This document shows positions 9,992 through 17,548 of a DNA stretch of 38,309 nt, piece by piece. Both the position numbers and the translations under genes were made by a program. The stretch spans positions 1 to 38,309 of the forward strand of contig CAZRJP010000004.1 in NCBI GenBank assembly GCA_964600865.1. The letters run 5' to 3'. Position 1 is the stretch's first letter; each line of letters starts with the position of its first letter. Under the pieces are notes generated by a model. It did not search any database and had not been told where the DNA came from. It worked only from the letters and a program-made list of their open reading frames with translations. The stretch comes from Candidatus Woesearchaeota archaeon. GTDB lineage: Archaea; Nanobdellota; Nanobdellia; Pacearchaeales; GW2011-AR1.

Positions 9992-10758
9992 AATCTTTTT
10001 CTTGGGATTATTTGGTTTTTATCATTAGGATTAATCTTGTTTGGCATTGGCCCTGAATTAGGATTTTGTTGAGACATATTTTGTTTTTTAGGAGGGAAGT
10101 ATCTTTGTCTCATTGGTCTTGGAGGTGTAGGGTTTCTTATTTTTTTTATTATAAACTTACTCCCAACTACTTTTGAAATGATTGCAGAAAGAACTAACTT
10201 TCCAACAGCAACTCTAAAAACACCTTCTTCATTTATAGGAATATTTGCTGATTCTGCAAATTTTTTTATTATGTTATTTATTTCTTCTTTTGTAAGGGAT
10301 AGATTTATCTTTCTTTCTCCTGGATTATTAATTATTAATTTTTCTTCAGGACCATCACACTCAATAGAACGAATAACAGGGTTCCTGATTAGAGGATTTA
10401 ATTTTCCTAAGTCTATCTCTTTTTTTCTAGGAACAGGTCTAATATTTTTTAAGTGTGAAGGAAGTCTAGCAGGAGGTATGTTTACTCTTGATTGTTGATA
10501 GGATGAAGGTCTTGGTAATGGTTTAAATTGTGGTTTAATTCTTTTTGGTTGTTTAGGGATGTTTTTTTGAATTTGAGATGATGCGTATTCTATGGGAGTT
10601 GTTATTGTTTTTTGTTCAGGTTTTTTCAGAATTATTTTTGTATTTTCTTCTATTTTTTCTTTAAGTTTTGGAGAAGAGTTTTTAATTAATTCTTTTGTAA
10701 ATGTTAATAAAAAGAATTTTCTAAAATCTTTTGAGCTATTTTCCAAAATACTGACCAT
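9988..10758 (-). CDS. Pro/Lys-rich protein with a segment resembling the N-terminal domain of FlaI/VirB11-type secretion ATPases (no ATPase domain present)
   Basis: IECDGPEEKLIINNPGERKINLSLTKEEINNIIKKFAESANIPINEEGVFRVAVGKLVLSAIISKVVGSKFIIKKI matches the pattern before Walker A in FlaI-like ATPases. No Walker A or B motif. Pro-rich flanks. Confidence 0.55.
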   Translation of the reverse strand: MVSILENSSKDFRKFFLLTFTKELIKNSSPKLKEKIEENTKIILKKPEQKTITTPIEYASSQIQKNIPKQPKRIKPQFKPLPRPSSYQQSRVNIPPARLPSHLKNIRPVPRKKEIDLGKLNPLIRNPVIRSIECDGPEEKLIINNPGERKINLSLTKEEINNIIKKFAESANIPINEEGVFRVAVGKLVLSAIISKVVGSKFIIKKIRNPTPPRPMRQRYFPPKKQNMSQQNPNSGPMPNKINPNDKNQIIPRKRF

Positions 10759-11307
10759 TTACTTTTTCTTAGGTTTTTTAGAACTAGATGATGATTTGGT
10801 TTTTTGTGATTTTATATTATTTATTGAAGGAGGTGGTCCTTTTGGAGATTTTTTAGGGGTTTTATTAGTATTTGATTCTGGCATTGGGGTTGGGCTTGAT
10901 TTTGGTGCAGAAGAGGATGATTCTTGTTTTTGAGGTGTTTGAGGAGGAGTTGGATTAGGGGGTGACATTGGTTGTGGACTAGGCATTGGGGAAGGAACAG
11001 GTTTTTTTTGCTCAGGTTTTTTTTCTGCTAGTGTTTTTGCAGTATCTTCAAATAATTTTAATAAGTTAGATGTTTGATTAGCTAGTTTGTCTATTTTTTC
11101 TGAAAGAGTAACCATTACTTTTTGGATTTTAACAAAATTTTCTGTTACTTTTGGTTGCATCTTTATTTCCATTGTTTTTGTAGGCTTATTTTTACTCTTC
11201 TTCTTTTTAGATTTTTTACTTTTTTTAGCTTTCTTTTTTGATTTTTTCTTACTTTTCTTCTTAGAAGTTCTCTTCTTTTTCTTATGTTTTTTCTTTTTTT
11301 TAGCCAT
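10759..11307 (-). CDS. Low-complexity protein: poly-Lys N-terminus, central coiled coil, Pro-rich C-terminus
   Basis: MAKKKKKHKKKKRTSKKKSKKK... then KIDKLANQTSNLLKLFEDTAKTLAEKK, then PVPSPMPSPQPMSPPNPTPPQTP. Its stop abuts the ATG of the next ORF (TAAATG). Confidence 0.5.
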   Translation of the reverse strand: MAKKKKKHKKKKRTSKKKSKKKSKKKAKKSKKSKKKKSKNKPTKTMEIKMQPKVTENFVKIQKVMVTLSEKIDKLANQTSNLLKLFEDTAKTLAEKKPEQKKPVPSPMPSPQPMSPPNPTPPQTPQKQESSSSAPKSSPTPMPESNTNKTPKKSPKGPPPSINNIKSQKTKSSSSSKKPKKK

Positions 11308-11464
11308 TATCTATATTTTATTATTTTAATTAAGTTGAATATTAATGAACCTATAATCCCTAATAAAGGCAAGGTAAGGAAGTTAAATGATATTTGGTTT
11401 ATCCTAAAGGAGATTACTAACAGATATATCCATACACCAAAATTTAGTATATGTCCTGCTAAAT

Positions 11465-11584
11465 CTATCCTTGAAGGAGTGTCCATATGATCCCTCCGAT
11501 TATGAGAGCTAAAGTAATCCAAAACACAATCCACTCAATGGGAAATCCCTTAGATTTCTTTTTTGACCTCTTTTTCTTTGCCAT
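11465..11584 (-). CDS. Possible 39-aa single-TM peptide (not in the ORF track); conflicts with the GTG-started ORF 11307..11534
   Basis: ATG at 11584-11582: MAKKKRSKKKSKGFPIEWIVFWITLALIIGGIIWTLLQG*. The downstream hydrophobic ORF in another frame could be the same gene after a frameshift. Confidence 0.3.
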   Translation of the reverse strand: MAKKKRSKKKSKGFPIEWIVFWITLALIIGGIIWTLLQG

Positions 11585-11667
11585 TTTAACACCCTTATGA
11601 TATTAAAAAGCATTTTATTATTTAAAAACTCTTCGGAGAGGATTATAAATTAATTTATTAGAAATAA

Positions 11668-14600
11668 TTAGAAAATATCTAAAATATCATCTTTATTGTC
11701 TTCTTGTTTGTTCCCATCTTTTTTGTTATCTGAATCAACAAGGTTCTCTTTTATCTTTTTAATATTTGGAGGTATATTTTCAGATAATTTTTTTAATGGA
11801 TTTTTTATGTTTTCTTTTTTATTTTGTTGGTTATCCTTTTGGTTATCATTATTCTCATTATTTTCTCCTTCTAGTTCTTTTATTGCGTTTTTAACTTTTT
11901 CAGTATCTGGTTGATATTGTTTCATACCTGGATTAAATTTCATTGGAATAGGCATGTCTTTGTTAGAATTATTCTCTTGCTTTTGATTCTCTTCTTGTTT
12001 TTCTTTATGATTGTTTTCCCTTGTCTGAGTTTTACTCTCTTGTTCATAATCTTGCTTCTCCTTTTCAATATCCTTCACTGCTTCATTTACATCTTTTACA
12101 ATGTCTTTGTCTTTTTGTGCTTGCTTTTCAGCTTCTTTTTTAAAGTCATTTTTAAAATCATTTTTTATTTTATCATTCCCTTGTTTCTTATTATCCTCAT
12201 TAGAAGTATTCTCTTGCTTTTGATTCTCTTCTTGTTTTTCTTTATGATTGTTTTCCCTTGTCTGAGTTTTACTCCCTTGTTCATACTCTTGCTTCTCCTT
12301 TTCAATATCCTTCACTGCTTCATCCACATTTTTCACAATGTTCTGATCATTAGAATCCTCATCATCATCATCATTATTATTATTCTCTTCTAAAGATTGT
12401 TTGTTATTTTTATTTTGAGGGACATCCCATTGTTTGTTATTATCCTCATCATTATTATTCTCTTGCTTTTGATTCTCTTCTTGATTTTCTTTATGATTGT
12501 TTTCCCTTGTCTGAGTTTTACTCCCTTGTTCATACTCTTGCTTCTCCTTTTCAATATCCTTCACTGCTTCATCCACATTTTTCACAATGTTCTGATCATT
12601 AGAATCCTCATCATTATTATTCTCTTGCTTTTGATTCTTTTCTTGATTTTCTTTTTCTTTTACTTTTTCATAGTGTCTTGGTTCTTTATCTGTATTTTCA
12701 ACAATGCTTTGTTCTATCTTTTTAACATATTCAGATATTTCTTGAGCAACATCTGCATTAACACTTATACTATCTATGCCTTTTTCTACTAAGAATTTTA
12801 CCATTTCTTTTTTACTTCCTGCTTGTCCACAGATGCTTGTTTCTACTCCTGCCCTTTTACAGACTCTTATAACAAACCCTAATTGATATAAAATTGCAGG
12901 ATGCATTTCATTATATAAATTTTGAACTCTTTCATTTCCTCTATCTACAGCTAATATATATTGGGTTAGGTCATTTGTTCCAAAAGAGATAAAGTCAATA
13001 CCTTCTTGCACTAAATCTTTTATTATTTGGACAGATGCAGGTGTTTCAATCATAATACCTAGTTTAGCATCTTCAAATCCTATTTCCTTAAGACGTTTTT
13101 TTGTTTCTTGCACTTCTTTTACTGAAATGACTTGTGGGAGTAATATTCCTATTGTTTTCCCATTATTTGATATTCTTTTTAGTGCATTTAATTCTGCTTC
13201 AAATATTTTTGGATTATTTAGACTATATCTTATTCCATGAAATCCTAACATTGGATTTGCTTCATTGGTTTTAGGAGCTCCTTCAAGATTTTTAAATTCA
13301 TCACTTCGAACATCTGAAGTTCTCACCCATAATTCTTCAAAATGTTCTGCAATATCATTTACTCCCTTATAAATTATATTCTCATAGTCTTTTGTCTTGT
13401 CTTTTTTTAAGAAGTATTGTGGATGTTTCTCTGATTCTGCTATTATCCCTTCTATTCTTGTTAAACCAACTTTTTTAATACCACTTTTTGCAGCTCTTTC
13501 AGCAAAACTAGGAAGATCTACAATAACCTTGATTTTTGTTTTAGTATCTGTTTTAACTGATTCTACTTGTTTCTTCTTTGTCTCAGCAGTTTTTCCCTTG
13601 AATATATTACCTGTATTTCCATCAACAGTGATAACCTCATTTTCTTTTAGTTTTGTGGTTGCATTTCCTGTTCCTACAATACATGGGATACCCATTTCTC
13701 TAGATACAATTGCTGCATGTGCTGTAAGACCCCCTTCATCAGTAACTATTGCTGAAGATTTTTGCATTGTAACTACCATGTCTGGATTTGTCATTTTTGT
13801 AACTAAAACGTCTCCTTTAGATATTTTGCTTAAATCCTCTAAATTATCTACTATCTTTATTTTCCCAGATGCAACTCCTGGAGAAGCAGCTAATCCATTT
13901 AAAACAACATCTCCTTTAATCTCTTTTTGACCTCCCTCACTTATTCTATTTTCCATTGTAGTTATAGGTCTTGTTTGAACTATGGAAATCTCATTGTTTT
14001 CAATTGCAAATTCAATGTCTTGTGGTTTTTCATAGTGCTCTTCTAATTTTTTCCCGATTTCTGCAAGTCTTTTGATTTCATGGTTTTTCAATACCTTTTG
14101 TTTAGCTTTATTTTCACTTAGTTTAACAATTGATCTTTTTCCTGAAGAATCTCTTGTTATTGCTGACTTTTTATTTGCTATTTTTTCGTCAGTTATTTCC
14201 ATTTCTTTTGATATAACATATTTATCTGGAGTAACTCTACCTGAAACAATACCTTCACCTAATCCCCATACTGCCTCTATTATGGTATTATCATTTTTAT
14301 ATGAAGGGTCTTTAGAGAAGATAACTCCTGATTTTTTTGCATCAATCATTTTTTGGACAATTACTGCCACGTGTGATTCTATATGCTTAAATCCTTTTTT
14401 TTCTCTATAATATGTTGCTCTAGAAGTAAACAAAGATGCAAAACATTTTTTGATTGAATCTATTAAGTCCTTTTTCCCTTTAATATTTAGGAAGGTTTCT
14501 TGTTGTCCTGCAAAACTAGCATTAGCAAGGTCCTCTGTTGTTGCAGATGAACGAACAGCAACGAAATTAGGTTCTGAAGCATTATTTAATATATCTAATG

Positions 14601-14976
14601 CAGCACCTCTTTGAATGTCAAAGTCACCTATATCCAAGTTTTCATATGCCTCCTCTATTTCTTTTATCATTTCTTTAGGCATTTTAGAGTCTTTTATTAA
14701 AGCACGGATATTTTTTGTTATTTTATTTAATTTAGAAGTATCTTCATAATTTATATTTTCTAGTAATTCTTCTATTTTTTCTTTTATTCCTGCTTTTTCA
14801 ATGAAATAATCATATGCTTGCGCAGTAACCACAAATCCAGGTGGAACAGGGATTCCTAAATTGTATATTTCTGCAAGATTCGCTCCTTTTCCTCCAGCTA
14901 CATTACCTGAATCTTTATCTAAATCATTAAACCATCTAATGAATTTTTCTGCATGTTTTTCCTCTTTTTGTATCAT
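11668..14976 (-). CDS. ppsA: Phosphoenolpyruvate synthase (pyruvate, water dikinase) with a ~340-aa low-complexity repetitive C-terminal extension
   Basis: GGKGANLAE ATP-grasp N-terminus. Swivel-domain phosphohistidine motif TDEGGLTAHAAIVSREMGIPCIVG. PEP-utiliser TIM-barrel motifs GFHGIRY, ISFGTNDLTQY and SICGQA. The catalytic part ends near nt 12700. Confidence 0.9.
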   Translation of the reverse strand: MIQKEEKHAEKFIRWFNDLDKDSGNVAGGKGANLAEIYNLGIPVPPGFVVTAQAYDYFIEKAGIKEKIEELLENINYEDTSKLNKITKNIRALIKDSKMPKEMIKEIEEAYENLDIGDFDIQRGAALDILNNASEPNFVAVRSSATTEDLANASFAGQQETFLNIKGKKDLIDSIKKCFASLFTSRATYYREKKGFKHIESHVAVIVQKMIDAKKSGVIFSKDPSYKNDNTIIEAVWGLGEGIVSGRVTPDKYVISKEMEITDEKIANKKSAITRDSSGKRSIVKLSENKAKQKVLKNHEIKRLAEIGKKLEEHYEKPQDIEFAIENNEISIVQTRPITTMENRISEGGQKEIKGDVVLNGLAASPGVASGKIKIVDNLEDLSKISKGDVLVTKMTNPDMVVTMQKSSAIVTDEGGLTAHAAIVSREMGIPCIVGTGNATTKLKENEVITVDGNTGNIFKGKTAETKKKQVESVKTDTKTKIKVIVDLPSFAERAAKSGIKKVGLTRIEGIIAESEKHPQYFLKKDKTKDYENIIYKGVNDIAEHFEELWVRTSDVRSDEFKNLEGAPKTNEANPMLGFHGIRYSLNNPKIFEAELNALKRISNNGKTIGILLPQVISVKEVQETKKRLKEIGFEDAKLGIMIETPASVQIIKDLVQEGIDFISFGTNDLTQYILAVDRGNERVQNLYNEMHPAILYQLGFVIRVCKRAGVETSICGQAGSKKEMVKFLVEKGIDSISVNADVAQEISEYVKKIEQSIVENTDKEPRHYEKVKEKENQEKNQKQENNNDEDSNDQNIVKNVDEAVKDIEKEKQEYEQGSKTQTRENNHKENQEENQKQENNNDEDNNKQWDVPQNKNNKQSLEENNNNDDDDEDSNDQNIVKNVDEAVKDIEKEKQEYEQGSKTQTRENNHKEKQEENQKQENTSNEDNKKQGNDKIKNDFKNDFKKEAEKQAQKDKDIVKDVNEAVKDIEKEKQDYEQESKTQTRENNHKEKQEENQKQENNSNKDMPIPMKFNPGMKQYQPDTEKVKNAIKELEGENNENNDNQKDNQQNKKENIKNPLKKLSENIPPNIKKIKENLVDSDNKKDGNKQEDNKDDILDIF
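11971..12650 (-). repeat. Three large tandem DNA repeats (plus a partial fourth) inside the ppsA 3' extension
   Basis: Units at 12457-12610 and 12208-12360 differ by about one base over ~153 nt (period 249). A shorter, more diverged unit lies at 11971-12086. The units encode NVDEAVKDIEKEKQEYEQGSKTQTRENNHKE.QEENQKQEN. Confidence 0.9.
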
Positions 14977-15010
14977 TGTATTAAAAAACCTTGAACATTA
15001 ATAAATATTT

Positions 15011-15181
15011 TTATTCACTGATAGCATCAACAGGACAGGCCTTTATTGATTCTTGAATACACTTCTTATTGCCAGAAGATTCTTTTACCTGAGATTTACA
15101 ATTTTTTAATTCAAATACCTCAGGGCATATAGCAATGCATTGTCCACATCCTATACATTTTTCTTTATTCACTTTAACCAT
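15011..15181 (-). CDS. Small single-cluster ferredoxin (56 aa), absent from the ORF track
   Basis: MVKVNKEKCIGCGQCIAICPEVFELKNCKSQVKESSGNKKCIQESIKACPVDAISE*. It has a CxxCxxC...CP cluster motif and a layout like Pyrococcus-type Fd. It lies 34 nt upstream of ppsA on the same strand. Confidence 0.8.
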   Translation of the reverse strand: MVKVNKEKCIGCGQCIAICPEVFELKNCKSQVKESSGNKKCIQESIKACPVDAISE

Positions 15182-15269
15182 AAAACAATTAATAATATAT
15201 TGTTTATAAAACTATTTGGAATATTTTTAATTTAGATAGTTTTTAAAATACTATTTCCTTTTATTATAT

Positions 15270-16079
15270 ATGGGTTTGATAAGAAGTATCTCAGTGAGTA
15301 TATTAAGTATAGCACTTTTTTTAACACTATTTTCTGCTAATTCTTTTTTAACAGTTTCAATGTCTTTAGATTATAAGGTTTTAGAACCTGAATTAACAAG
15401 TGTAGTAGGAGATATTTTACAAGAACAAGTTGATTTAGATGAAACAATGCCCTTAATACAAAAAGTTTGCCAGAATAAAACTAACTATGTTTTTTCTACA
15501 GATGATTTTGTTTTTACTCTTCCCTGTGATATTGCTAACCAAGGACAGGAATCAATTATAGATTATTTTGTTAAAGAAAAAGTAGATGAAGTTTATTATA
15601 AGGAGTATGATTGTGAGTTTTTAGATTGCTCTTCTGAGACAGATATGCCCACTTATTTATTTTCCTTAAAGGCTAAAAGATATTGGAGAGGATGGTTTTA
15701 TTCTAGTTTATTAGTTTCTTTACTTTTATTAGTTGGGCTTTTCTTTTTATTTGAGAAAAGAAATAATATTCCATTTTTAATTGGGGGATTATTTATTCTT
15801 GCATCATTACCTTTTTTGGGGGTTGGATGGCTATTAAGTTTGGTAACTGGTTGGGAGTATGTTAAGATATTTAGTATATTTTTTACACAGGCATATATAA
15901 CATTTTTAATTGGTTTTATTTCAGGTATTTTATTGATTGGAATAGGATTTGTATTAAAATTTATTAATGCAGGGAAATTTTTATCAGGTATTTTTAATTT
16001 CGGTAAAACTGAAAAAAAGAAGGAAAAGCCTAGTGAGCCTAAGAAAGATTCTGATAAGAAGAAAGGAATGGATTTATAA
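15270..16079 (+). CDS. Polytopic membrane protein, unknown function
   Basis: N-terminal TM, a Cys-containing extracytoplasmic segment, then 3-4 C-terminal TMs and a KKKEKPSEPKKDSDKKK tail. Confidence 0.65.
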   Translation: MGLIRSISVSILSIALFLTLFSANSFLTVSMSLDYKVLEPELTSVVGDILQEQVDLDETMPLIQKVCQNKTNYVFSTDDFVFTLPCDIANQGQESIIDYFVKEKVDEVYYKEYDCEFLDCSSETDMPTYLFSLKAKRYWRGWFYSSLLVSLLLLVGLFFLFEKRNNIPFLIGGLFILASLPFLGVGWLLSLVTGWEYVKIFSIFFTQAYITFLIGFISGILLIGIGFVLKFINAGKFLSGIFNFGKTEKKKEKPSEPKKDSDKKKGMDL

Positions 16080-16101
16080 AAATAATAATTAGTTCTTTTT
16101 T

Positions 16102-16980
16102 ATGAATAATAAAAATAAGAAAGTGGCAGTTTTATTTTCAGGAGGATTAGATAGTAGATTAGCCATAAAATTACTTCAAGAAGAAGATTTTGATGTTATT
16201 GCATTGCATTTTAAAATGCCTTTTAGTAAAGATGTGGAATTAGATATAAGGAAATTTTGCAATAGTCAGAATGTAAAATTAAAAGTGTTTGATTATTCTA
16301 AAAGAAAGATGTTTAAAGAGTATTTAGAGTTACTAAAAAATCCAAAACATGGGAGAGGGGCAGGAGTAAATCCTTGTGTTGATTGTAGATTATTTATGAT
16401 TAAAAAGGCAAAGGAATTTATAGATAAAAATAACATAGAATTTCTTGCTACTGGTGAAGTTATAGGGCAGAGACCAATGTCTCAAAGAGGTAATTCAATT
16501 AAATTAATTGAAGAAAAATCTGGATTAAAAGGAAGAATTTTAAGACCATTAATGGAAAGAGGTATTAAAGGAAGAAGTAGGTCAAAGCAAATAAAACTTG
16601 CTGAAAGTTTTGATATTAATTATCCAAATCCTGCAGGAGGGTGTTTGCTTTGTGAAAAAGCACTAGTTAATAGGTTTAGTCACTTTTTTAAGAGAGGATT
16701 AAAACCCAAAGAAGCAGATTTAATTAATAGAGGAAGACATTTTTTGATTGATAATAATTGGGTTGTTTTAGGAAGGAATGAAGAGGAGAATAATCTTATT
16801 GAAGATATAGGAGAGGAATCTCAACTTGTTTTTTCTGAAAAGAGTGTTATGGGACCTACAGCAATTATATTAGATGAAATAAACCCTGATTTAAGGGATA
16901 AAGTAAGAAATATTGTTATGGCTTATTCAAAAGAAGGAAGTTTAGAGGATAGGAAGAAATTTAAAAAATATAAATTATAG
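16102..16980 (+). CDS. PP-loop ATP pyrophosphatase, ThiI/MnmA-like tRNA sulfurtransferase core (no THUMP domain)
   Basis: PP-loop SGGLDS (VAVLFSGGLDSRLAIKLL). NPCVDCRLFM CxxC. ATGEVIGQRPMSQ resembles the ThiI TGEsLGQvaSQ motif. Second CxxC in GGCLLCEK. Confidence 0.7.
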   Translation: MNNKNKKVAVLFSGGLDSRLAIKLLQEEDFDVIALHFKMPFSKDVELDIRKFCNSQNVKLKVFDYSKRKMFKEYLELLKNPKHGRGAGVNPCVDCRLFMIKKAKEFIDKNNIEFLATGEVIGQRPMSQRGNSIKLIEEKSGLKGRILRPLMERGIKGRSRSKQIKLAESFDINYPNPAGGCLLCEKALVNRFSHFFKRGLKPKEADLINRGRHFLIDNNWVVLGRNEEENNLIEDIGEESQLVFSEKSVMGPTAIILDEINPDLRDKVRNIVMAYSKEGSLEDRKKFKKYKL

Positions 16981-16990
16981 TATATTTATA

Positions 16991-17545
16991 ATGTCTAAGA
17001 AGAAAAATATAAAATATGTGTATGAATTTACAAACAAGAGAAAATTAACTAAATCTGAGTTTTTAAAATGGTTTCAAAAAAAATTTCTTTATACTGTTAG
17101 AAAATTTAGTATGATTAAAAAAGGAGATGTTATAGGATATAGAGATAAAAAGGATTTTAGGAGTGTTGTTCTAAAGGATTTGCTTAAGATGTTTGTTAAA
17201 AAGGCACCAGTTGAAATAGTTAATATTTCTAGGTCTAAAAAAGATATAACTAAGAGAGCTGTAACATCTACGAGCGATACTGAAACAAGAAAGATAATTA
17301 GAGAGTTAATTAATGGAAGTGCAAAAATAAAGAAAGCAGGCCCGGTTATAGACAATAAGATTAAACCATTGTATTTATTTTTAGATAAAGAAGTAAAACT
17401 TTATGCTAGACTTAAAAGATTAAAATGTGGAAAACAAAATTTGAAAAAGGATAAATTATATGGTTTTATTGAAGATTTAGAAAAAAAGCATCCAGAGTTA
17501 AAACATTCTGTTGTACAGAGTTACTTAAAATTATTTAGAAATTAA
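16991..17545 (+). CDS. Degenerate PP-loop family paralogue (TtcA/NcsA/TilS-like fold, PP-loop motif lost)
   Basis: VRKFSMIKKGDVIGYRDKKDFRSVVLKDLL occupies the position of ...kgdkvlvavSGGkDS..ll.lL. C-terminal IKPLYLFLDKEVKLYARLKRL matches the RPLl..e.Ei..ya motif. No SGGxDS and no Zn-finger Cys pairs. Confidence 0.55.
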   Translation: MSKKKNIKYVYEFTNKRKLTKSEFLKWFQKKFLYTVRKFSMIKKGDVIGYRDKKDFRSVVLKDLLKMFVKKAPVEIVNISRSKKDITKRAVTSTSDTETRKIIRELINGSAKIKKAGPVIDNKIKPLYLFLDKEVKLYARLKRLKCGKQNLKKDKLYGFIEDLEKKHPELKHSVVQSYLKLFRN

Positions 17546-17548
17546 TAA

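Noticed and set aside
10756-10761. Programmed stop-codon readthrough joining 10759..11307 and 9988..10758 (same frame, single TAA)
   Set aside because: TAA followed directly by ATG is a common translational-coupling arrangement, and being in the same frame is a 1-in-3 coincidence. There is no readthrough context evidence. The possibility is kept as a remark in a finding only.
11696-14410. Plus-strand ORFs antisense to ppsA (11696..11914, 11911..12393, 12397..12792, 13397..13930, 14072..14410)
   Set aside because: These are Phe/Leu/Ile-rich mirror images of the Lys/Glu/Asn-rich ppsA frame. ppsA carries unambiguous catalytic motifs on the other strand.
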